Source: Ilumatobacteraceae bacterium (GTDB lineage: Bacteria > Actinomycetota > Acidimicrobiia > Acidimicrobiales > Ilumatobacteraceae). From it: 64,000 nucleotides of DNA. Below are positions 57,166-64,000 of the stretch, in pieces. The DNA is taken from positions 111-64,110 of the forward strand of contig JBIKHN010000001.1 in the NCBI GenBank assembly GCA_044362135.1, read 5' to 3'. Under the pieces are notes generated by a model. It saw nothing but the letters and a program-made list of their open reading frames with translations. It was not told where the DNA came from and did no database searches. The translations under genes and the position numbers were made by a program. Each line of letters begins with the position of its first letter. Positions within the stretch are counted from its first letter, which is position 1.

Positions 57166-58325
57166 TACCCCTTTGTAGAAAGCCAGTTGCGAATCTCAGC
57201 GGTGTGCTCACCAAGGTGCGGCGGCGGCATTGTGTAATTCAATTCTCCATTGCTAAACGTAATTGGGTTACGCACCAAGTCTGCTTGACGGTCGCCCTCA
57301 CCAACCGAAACACGCGGGCGAAGACCAAGCTTTTCGGCAAGTTCAACACCATCTCCAATGGAGTTGATTGGCCCACATGGCACACCGACATCGTTCAACG
57401 CGTAGAACAAATCATCTGAATTCCATTTGGCAAGTTGTTCCAACAGCATTGGACGTAGTTCTTCACGATTCTTTGTTCGGTCAGCATTGATTTTGAATCG
57501 TGGATCATCAGCCACATGCTCAATACCCAGCACTTTGGCCAACGCGCGAAATTGCTTGTCGTTACCCGCAGCAATAATGAGATCGCGGTCTTTCGTCGGC
57601 AACGCTTCATACGGGAACAAACTTGGATGCGCATTGCCCATGCGGAATGGAACTACGTCGGCAAGTGTGTACGCAGCGGTTTGATTCACCAAGCCCGACA
57701 TGGCCGACGACAGCAGGTTCACTTCTACGTGTTGACCTTTTCCAGTTTTGTTTTTCTCGTTCAATGCGGCGAGCACACCAATGGTTCCGTGCAACCCAGC
57801 CATCACATCGAACACTGAAATACCCGCACGATACGGAGGACCATCTGGTTCACCTGTCAGGCTCATCAGCCCAGAGACTGCCTGCACGATTAGGTCGTAC
57901 CCAGGAAGTTTTGCGCCTTTATCTGTGCCAAACCCCGAGATGGACAAGTACACGAGGCCTGGGTTGGACTTCGATGTCGCCTCGTAGTCCAATCCAAACT
58001 TCTTCAGGCCACCCACTTTGAAGTTCTCAACGCAGATATCGGCTCGTTGTACCAACTCGCGGGCCAATACGAGGTCTTCTTCTTTTCCGAAATCGAGAAC
58101 GACGGACTTCTTATTGCGATTGATCGACATGTAATAAGTTGCGACGTCGCCTTTTGTTGGTGGCACCCAGGTACGGGTGTCATCGCCTGCCGGACTTTCC
58201 ACTTTGATCACGGTGGCACCCATATCCGCCAACAGCATGGTGCAATACGGACCGGCGAGCACGCGGGAAAGGTCGGCCACCAAGAGACCCTCTAGTGGTC
58301 TTGCCGTGCCATTAGTTGTTGACAT
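57165..58325 (-). CDS. family III (CaiB/BaiF) CoA-transferase
   Basis: ORF 57165..58427 trimmed to MSTTNGTARPLEG. LVADLSRVLAGPYCTMLLADMGATVIKVE signature. 1-nt overlap with the downstream gene. Confidence 0.85.
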   Translation of the reverse strand: MSTTNGTARPLEGLLVADLSRVLAGPYCTMLLADMGATVIKVESPAGDDTRTWVPPTKGDVATYYMSINRNKKSVVLDFGKEEDLVLARELVQRADICVENFKVGGLKKFGLDYEATSKSNPGLVYLSISGFGTDKGAKLPGYDLIVQAVSGLMSLTGEPDGPPYRAGISVFDVMAGLHGTIGVLAALNEKNKTGKGQHVEVNLLSSAMSGLVNQTAAYTLADVVPFRMGNAHPSLFPYEALPTKDRDLIIAAGNDKQFRALAKVLGIEHVADDPRFKINADRTKNREELRPMLLEQLAKWNSDDLFYALNDVGVPCGPINSIGDGVELAEKLGLRPRVSVGEGDRQADLVRNPITFSNGELNYTMPPPHLGEHTAEIRNWLSTKG

Positions 58326-58387
58326 GAATAAAGGGCCTTTCTTGTTGAACCAATTGTTTGTGCCACAGTTGAGGCGGAGAAACTTGC

Positions 58388-59194
58388 ATGAGACCAAAGC
58401 CAAATGAACCAGATTTTGTCGAAGCACTTGCGCGCGGCTTAAAGGTCATCAGCGCATTTTCACTTTCACACTTGGCGTTGTCGGTTAGCGATGTTGCTGC
58501 CGCAACAAAGCTTGCGCGCCCTACTACTCGCCGATTACTGCTTACTCTTGAATCACTGGGGTATGTGCGTGTGGTCAATGGCATGTACATGCTTACGCCA
58601 AAAGTTTTAGAACTTGGAACTGCATACATCAGCGCACAAGGCATGTGGGATATCGCACGCCCCCACTTAGAGGCTCTTGTTGAACAGACAAAGGAATCAA
58701 GCTCTATGTCACAACTTGTTGGCAGCGACATTGTGTACACAGCGCGCGTTCCAGTTCCAAAGATCATTGGTATGTCAGTGCACATTGGGACTCGGTTCCC
58801 TGCGTATGCAACCAGCATGGGGCGTGTGCTTCTTTCAGATTTGTCTGTAAAAGAACTTGATGCCGTCCTAAAAGTTCCTTCGGAGTCTGGCGTCGTACCG
58901 CGGCTGAAGTTTGCTCGTAAAGAATTAGACGAATCAATCATCGAGATCCGCAAGCGCGGATGGGCGCTTTCCGATGAACAACTGTCGTTTGGCATTCGCT
59001 CCATTGCTGCACCAGTAAGCGATGCATCCGGTCGCACCATTGCCGCCGTCAACGTGACTGTAAATGCCGCAGAGACGTCCATTGCAGTATTGAAGAAAGA
59101 CCATTTGCCACTATTGATTTCTACCGCTGCGGCGATCACTTCAGACTTTGCAAGCATGGCGTTATTGCCGACTACTCGGCCGCTGGCCCCTTGA
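58388..59194 (+). CDS. IclR-family transcriptional regulator (PcaR-like)
   Basis: 268 aa. N-terminal wHTH (FVEALARGLKVISAF..LSVSDVAAATKLARPTTRRLLLTLESLGYV), C-terminal IclR effector domain. Divergent from the CoA-transferase gene (62-nt spacer). Confidence 0.85.
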   Translation: MRPKPNEPDFVEALARGLKVISAFSLSHLALSVSDVAAATKLARPTTRRLLLTLESLGYVRVVNGMYMLTPKVLELGTAYISAQGMWDIARPHLEALVEQTKESSSMSQLVGSDIVYTARVPVPKIIGMSVHIGTRFPAYATSMGRVLLSDLSVKELDAVLKVPSESGVVPRLKFARKELDESIIEIRKRGWALSDEQLSFGIRSIAAPVSDASGRTIAAVNVTVNAAETSIAVLKKDHLPLLISTAAAITSDFASMALLPTTRPLAP

Positions 59195-59201
59195 TCCACC
59201 A

Positions 59202-59888
59202 CTAACCCCCAACCACTGCAAGGTGGGTTTCAAGAATAAAATCTGCTGATTGCTTTGGCGCCGAGAAAAATGGTGAGTGATCACAATCCATTTCAATTGA
59301 AAAGTCGGCCCACGCGGCGCGCATCCGCTGTTGTTCAATCTTGACAGCACGATCGTCGGTGCATACGAGATAACTACTCTTCATGCTTTTCCATGCAGGG
59401 TCTTTAATTGGCACGGAAGGAATTTCACTCTTCATGGACCGTCGATTGTTCATTGCATATTGGGACAAACTATGTGGACTCCTGTTAAAGAGAAAAGCAT
59501 CGGCGCCATCGGTCAACGACATCGTTCCATCTTCAGCGAACTCGAAGCATGACCGAAATTCGGGATTACCCCAGTCTTTGTTTAATTCCGATTGCGATTC
59601 ACCAATTGCCGGCATACGTGCAGCAATATGCACAATGTGTTGTGCACCATGGCCACCAACTGCAGCAGTAATGCCGGTGTAGCTATGGCACACCACCGTT
59701 ACAGGTCCAATCTTGGATGCTTCTGCAATTGCAGTGCGAAGCACATCGGCATCTTCCCCCAACGATGTAAGTGGAAGTTCAATAGCAGTTACATCTACAT
59801 CATGAGTATTTAGACGCTCGATTACTGGCACCCAAGTCCATGAAGAGAAGAACGAACCATGGACAAGAACGATCGACGACTCAGCCAT
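59202..59888 (-). CDS. alpha/beta hydrolase (SABP2/methylesterase-like)
   Basis: 228 aa. IVLVHGSFFSSWTW N-terminus, nucleophile elbow VVCHSYTGI. Confidence 0.65.
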   Translation of the reverse strand: MAESSIVLVHGSFFSSWTWVPVIERLNTHDVDVTAIELPLTSLGEDADVLRTAIAEASKIGPVTVVCHSYTGITAAVGGHGAQHIVHIAARMPAIGESQSELNKDWGNPEFRSCFEFAEDGTMSLTDGADAFLFNRSPHSLSQYAMNNRRSMKSEIPSVPIKDPAWKSMKSSYLVCTDDRAVKIEQQRMRAAWADFSIEMDCDHSPFFSAPKQSADFILETHLAVVGG

Positions 59889-59909
59889 GTTGCAGGGGGT
59901 GCTTCCGTT

Positions 59910-60443
59910 CTAGCGGTAGGTGTTGTTGCTGGTGTGATCGCCTGCAAGCCAACGCTTCAGCGTTTCGTGCGCATCATCCTTGCGAGCAGCATTGATCTTT
60001 TCGGCACCAGGTGCATCTGCAGTGAACTCCAACAACATGCCGTTCGGATCTTCGGTGTATAGCGAACGGCAGTAACCGTGCTCCAACACGTAAGTTCCCT
60101 CTGGCTTCCACTGTGCCTTTTGGAGGCGGTCAAAGATTTCGTCTTGTGACTTTGCAGAAACGTTCAATGCAATGTGACGAAATGGCGATGGTGTGAGTTG
60201 TGGGTCAAACAAGTCTTGATCGGACTTGTTTGCAAACTGGAAGAAGGCAAGTGCACTACCATCTGGCATACCGAAGAAGCAATGGCAATACACACGCTCT
60301 GCGCCAAATAGCTCGTCGGTCTCAGACCACGTTGCAACGAGTGGAAGTCCGACTAGGTCCTCGTAAAAGGCACGGGTGGCTTCAAGATCTTTTGATAGAT
60401 ACGCAGTGTGATGAAGTCGAGTTGGTGAGTCAGTTGCAGACAT
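59910..60443 (-). CDS. VOC-family (glyoxalase/dioxygenase-fold) protein
   Basis: ORF 59910..60551 trimmed to MSATDSPTRLHHTAYLSKDLEATRAFYEDLVGLPL (177 aa). Confidence 0.65.
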   Translation of the reverse strand: MSATDSPTRLHHTAYLSKDLEATRAFYEDLVGLPLVATWSETDELFGAERVYCHCFFGMPDGSALAFFQFANKSDQDLFDPQLTPSPFRHIALNVSAKSQDEIFDRLQKAQWKPEGTYVLEHGYCRSLYTEDPNGMLLEFTADAPGAEKINAARKDDAHETLKRWLAGDHTSNNTYR

Positions 60444-60595
60444 GTGCAGTCTCCTTGGCAGGTGGTGTCTCGTAATAGTTGTTTGGGCCCCGACAGATTG
60501 TCCGCTTGACGGACACTCTCCCGTATTGCGTACATTAGACCATTTTTCCATTCCCGTACAAGCAGGGGCTGATTGATTGCTGCACTAAAGTCGGA

Positions 60596-62011
60596 GTGAA
60601 CATGACGTCTAAGCCCCCACTCCCCCCAGAGCTAGAACGCCTAAACCGCATCTACATCGAGACGTGCGACGCGTTCGACAACAACGAGATTTCTGCTGAA
60701 ATCGCGCGCACCACCATTTTGGGACTACGCGCAACCGATAGCCAAGGCCGCACCTGGGAAGTTGATCCGAAGAAGTCAGGCAAATGGGCATCATTCAAGC
60801 AAGTAGCGACAGTGTCAAACCTGGACGAAGAGTTCGCGCGAATGAACCGTGTGTATCAGGAAACGTGTGCACAGTTTGATAGTGGTTTGATTTCAGCGAC
60901 GCAGGCGCGCACAAAGATTCTTGCAATTTCATACACCGATGAATCTGGACAGACATGGCGGGTGGATACCGATAACTCAGGAAGCCGTGCTTCGTTCACC
61001 TCTTCGCCAGCTGTTGCTCAGCCCGCAGCCATTCAGAATACGCAGCCACTTCCCGTTGTCATACCCGAGACCGCCGAAGTCACTATCGCTCCAGAAATCG
61101 AAGAAGAACCAGAAGTCATTTCGCGACGGAATTTTCTCAGTGATCTTTCTGCAAAATCAATTGTGCTCGGCGTGCTCTCTGCTGGCGTGCTGTACCAAGG
61201 AACGAAACTCTTCGCTGGAGGTTCGGATAATTCAGACTCAGTCGGCGATGCAAACGTTGACACTGTAAACCCCGACACTCCTGGCGAAACGGAATGGTTC
61301 AGCAAGTTTGGTGAAGTGCCGTTGAACACCGATATTGAATTTGGACGTTCCGTTCAAGGCGTCCCGCTCACCTTCTATCGTCGTCAAAGCGGAAGCGACG
61401 GCGCACGAGTACTCGTTATTGGCTGCATCCACGGTGACGAGTTTGTTGGAAACCGAGTTGTGGACATTCTTCGCGACATGCCACTTGAAGGAAACATTGA
61501 CCTCTGGATGGTTCGCTCGATGAATCCAGACGGCCAACAATTGCGAACGAGACAAAATGCCAACGGTGTTGACCTCAACAGAAATTTTCCCGGCAATTGG
61601 GTGGAAATTGGCAGACCAGGTTCATGGCAGTATTCGGGTCCGGACAGCGCAAGCGAACCAGAAGTGCAAGCGGTGGTAAAACTTGGCGAACTGGTCCAGC
61701 CGCAATTTGTCATTTGGTATCACCAGGACTACTTCCGTATCGGACCAGGGACGGGCTTCGACGGATTCGTGCGTGCGAAATATGCTTCGCTGGTTGGTTT
61801 ACCACTTCTTGAGTTGGACTGCCTTTGTGGTTACACAGGCGACAAACCATTGCTTGAAGCTGTATTCGGCGGTACGGGAGCCAACTGGACGAAGTCGTTC
61901 CAGGGCCCCAGGGGCGTCAGCATGACTGTTGAATTTGGACCCACATTAAGCGAAGAAGACGCGCAACGAAACGCGCAAGCAGTTGTTTCAGTGACTAACG
62001 AATTTTTCTAA
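60596..62011 (+). CDS. membrane-anchored M14 (MpaA-like) zinc carboxypeptidase with duplicated N-terminal cytoplasmic domain
   Basis: 471 aa. Two ~60-aa repeats, one TM (IVLGVLSAGVLY), then M14 motifs IHGDE, NPDG, GVDLNRNFP and WYHQ. Confidence 0.7.
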   Translation: MNMTSKPPLPPELERLNRIYIETCDAFDNNEISAEIARTTILGLRATDSQGRTWEVDPKKSGKWASFKQVATVSNLDEEFARMNRVYQETCAQFDSGLISATQARTKILAISYTDESGQTWRVDTDNSGSRASFTSSPAVAQPAAIQNTQPLPVVIPETAEVTIAPEIEEEPEVISRRNFLSDLSAKSIVLGVLSAGVLYQGTKLFAGGSDNSDSVGDANVDTVNPDTPGETEWFSKFGEVPLNTDIEFGRSVQGVPLTFYRRQSGSDGARVLVIGCIHGDEFVGNRVVDILRDMPLEGNIDLWMVRSMNPDGQQLRTRQNANGVDLNRNFPGNWVEIGRPGSWQYSGPDSASEPEVQAVVKLGELVQPQFVIWYHQDYFRIGPGTGFDGFVRAKYASLVGLPLLELDCLCGYTGDKPLLEAVFGGTGANWTKSFQGPRGVSMTVEFGPTLSEEDAQRNAQAVVSVTNEFF

Positions 62012-63972
62012 CTGCGCCTATCGGTAGTGCACGTTTTCTTGCGACTTTCGCCGTCTTCGTAACACTGAACTTTGGTCTCTTTTGCATTGAAGCGGGCGAT
62101 GAAATCAGTTGATTGCTTTAAGTTATTCATTGGCGCACACGGATACACGTTTGCGTACGGACACGGATTGTTGGTTGCTGTTGCAATAGACGTTGATATA
62201 AAGGCACCAAGGGCAAGTGTTCCCTTCACCGTCAGGTGAATGCCGTCTGACTTAAACCATGATGATTGACCCGCACTATAGGCATTCCACTCTGCTATCG
62301 ATAGCAAGCCAGAACTATCGCTTGCGGCTACTTCACGAAGTGCCGTGTTGAATTCGGCATATAGCGACTTCTTTCCTCGAGAACCAGGTGCAGGGAAACT
62401 CAAGGACTCTTTGTAAGTCAGAACAACAACAGGAGTATTTCTACTGCGAATTACTTTCAACAGTTCCCTGTATTCATCTGCAATTTTTCTCACGCTGCTG
62501 TCATATCCAGCCATGAGCACGATCAAATCAACTGGCTTGGTGGAATCTTTAAGCGCAGTGACCACATTCGTCGGAGTTCGGTACTCTCGCCCGTAGCAGG
62601 ACCACTCTGAAATCCTTCTGCACGACTCCGCATCCAGCGTGTACGAAAATCCTTTGAGTGACTTAGCGCCATCTTCGTACCATCTCAACGCTGCCAACGT
62701 TGAATCACCAAGTAGCAAAACATTTACAGGTCTTACCTCTGGCAATACTGCAAGCCCATTTGATGCATCACCAGCACTTCCTGTAACTCCTGCATCGCTT
62801 GCCAACTCTGCTTCAGCTAGTGCTAAAGACCCCGCATCAATCCGTGGGGACACGGCGAACAACACCACCACTGCGGAAAAGCTGAGTGCCAAAGCAATTC
62901 CTGCAGCCGACAAACTGCGAATCGAAACCGCCGATAGCCATGTATTGTGACGCACTGGCTGTTCAATTGCACGATATGAAATCGCTGACAGCACTAGTGC
63001 GGCAACAACGATCCACGCTTTCCCCCACGCAGATGGGGTTCCAAATCTTGCTTCAAGCAACACGAGTAACGGCCAATGCCACAGGTACAACGAGTAACTG
63101 CGAGCGCCAAGACTTTGCAGCGGTTCGATTGAAAGTAGAGAGACTGGACCAAACTTTGTACTCCCCGCAATGAGTATGAATACGGTGGCAACGATTGGAA
63201 GTAACGCTGCATAGCCAGGAAAGACTGTGGTCTCAGAAAAAATCACAGCAGCAGCAACAACTGCAGCGAGACCGGTCCAACCACCAACCGCCCTTGCCAC
63301 TTCAGGGATCTTGTCGAAACGCGATCCAGCAAGAGCAAGCAACGCTCCAGCACTTATTTCCCAAAACCGAGAATACGGAAGGTAGTAGCCGGCTCCTGGG
63401 TGACCCTTAGTGATCAGAATTGACGTGATCAATGAAGCAGCCCCTAAGACAACACCAACCCCAACAAGCCACTTCTTCCAATTGGCCTTTCCAAATTTCA
63501 CTGCAGCAACTACCACCAGTGGCCAGAACAGATAAAACTGTTCTTCAACCGCGAGCGACCAAAAATGTCGCAGCGAAGAAGGTGCTGTGACACCAGATAG
63601 ATAGTCAGATGTGCGAAAGAACAGCACGATGTTTGCGCAAAAACCAAGTGCACCAAGACCGACCGCGCTGAGCTCTCGGATTTTGCCCGGCTCGAGCATG
63701 AATAGCCCAGCGATGACCGTTACGAGCGTTACCAGAATTGACATCGGCAAGATTCGCCGCGCGCGTCTAGCCCAAAAATTCCGCAAATCAATCGAGTTGC
63801 GATCACCTGCTTCTTCAATGAGCAATTGGGTAATCAGGAATCCAGAAATAACGAAAAATACGTCTACACCTATATATCCACCAGTCAACCACGGCACCCC
63901 AGCATGGTTCAGCACCACCAGACCAACCGCTAGTGCGCGCATCCCCTCGATGTCGGTGCGGCGTGTTTTCAC
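62008..63972 (-). CDS. acyltransferase-3 (OafA/OatA-like) membrane O-acyltransferase with C-terminal SGNH domain
   Basis: 654 aa. DIEGMRALAVGLVVLNHAG..GVDVFFVISGFLIT N-terminus, ~10 TM, C-terminal LLLGDSTL (SGNH block I). Confidence 0.85.
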   Translation of the reverse strand: MKTRRTDIEGMRALAVGLVVLNHAGVPWLTGGYIGVDVFFVISGFLITQLLIEEAGDRNSIDLRNFWARRARRILPMSILVTLVTVIAGLFMLEPGKIRELSAVGLGALGFCANIVLFFRTSDYLSGVTAPSSLRHFWSLAVEEQFYLFWPLVVVAAVKFGKANWKKWLVGVGVVLGAASLITSILITKGHPGAGYYLPYSRFWEISAGALLALAGSRFDKIPEVARAVGGWTGLAAVVAAAVIFSETTVFPGYAALLPIVATVFILIAGSTKFGPVSLLSIEPLQSLGARSYSLYLWHWPLLVLLEARFGTPSAWGKAWIVVAALVLSAISYRAIEQPVRHNTWLSAVSIRSLSAAGIALALSFSAVVVLFAVSPRIDAGSLALAEAELASDAGVTGSAGDASNGLAVLPEVRPVNVLLLGDSTLAALRWYEDGAKSLKGFSYTLDAESCRRISEWSCYGREYRTPTNVVTALKDSTKPVDLIVLMAGYDSSVRKIADEYRELLKVIRSRNTPVVVLTYKESLSFPAPGSRGKKSLYAEFNTALREVAASDSSGLLSIAEWNAYSAGQSSWFKSDGIHLTVKGTLALGAFISTSIATATNNPCPYANVYPCAPMNNLKQSTDFIARFNAKETKVQCYEDGESRKKTCTTDRRS

Positions 63973-64000
63973 TAGAGAGACGCTACCAATCGGGGCTACA

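Noticed and set aside
58312-59202. 296-aa minus-strand ORF
   Set aside because: It is entirely antisense to the IclR regulator gene, which has clear wHTH and effector-domain motifs. It is low-complexity and Ser/Thr/Ala-rich, so I treat it as a shadow ORF.
1-64000. Search for CRISPR arrays, rRNA, IS elements, transposases, integrases or recognisable phage-defence genes
   Set aside because: No regularly spaced repeats were found. No ORF has DDE transposase, tyrosine/serine recombinase, Cas or restriction-modification motifs. The only mobility signal is the tRNA 3'-end duplication, reported as a finding.

Overview
This is a 64-kb, very gene-dense chromosomal segment. Most neighbouring genes are 10 nt or less apart or overlap by 1-4 nt. 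It reads like a streamlined Actinomycetota genome: CarD, DesA-type acyl-ACP desaturase, NDH-2, a P450 and an actinobacterial-style Tad locus. Spot counts of 60-nt lines give roughly 47-57% GC.

Content in order:
(i) A 3'-truncated membrane desaturase, a YeiH-like protein and purE-purK.
(ii) A histidine/urocanate-utilisation operon, hutU-hutF-def-hutI, preceded by an HD-domain gene and a cytosolic binding-protein-fold gene.
(iii) A beta-propeller lipoprotein.
(iv) The dTDP-rhamnose operon rmlA-C-B-D, which runs straight into a soluble desaturase gene.
(v) An aminotransferase-SDR-P450 trio.
(vi) carD, tRNA-Arg(TCT), an EamA transporter and a translationally coupled purine block: purH, purS-purL fusion, purQ, purC, purF, purD-purM fusion, purN, guaB.
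(vii) vapBC and a DUF952-GNAT fusion.
(viii) tRNA-Arg(TCG), with a 32-bp copy of its 3' end 1.55 kb downstream. The two copies bracket a single surface-protein gene.
(ix) NDH-2, two tandem paralogous polytopic membrane proteins, and Rieske, YceI and Mo-oxidoreductase genes.
(x) A complete flp-tadE-tadG-cpaB-tadZ-tadA-tadB-tadC-tadV pilus locus. The flp ORF is below the ORF-track size cutoff.
(xi) ALDH, a MetE-like gene, an IclR-linked CoA-transferase/citryl-CoA-lyase-like module, hydrolase and VOC genes, a membrane-anchored M14 peptidase and an OatA-like acyltransferase.

No CRISPR array, rRNA, transposase or integrase was seen. All family calls rest on motif recognition in the translated ORFs, because no database search was possible.

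The most intriguing observations are:
- the peptide-deformylase homologue embedded in the hut operon, a candidate HutG replacement;
- the tRNA-bracketed mini-islet;
- the mosaic tandem membrane-protein paralogues;
- the unusual purine enzyme fusions;
- the CoA-transferase/citryl-CoA-lyase-like pair;
- a Rieske gene whose Tat signal is cut off by an in-frame stop.
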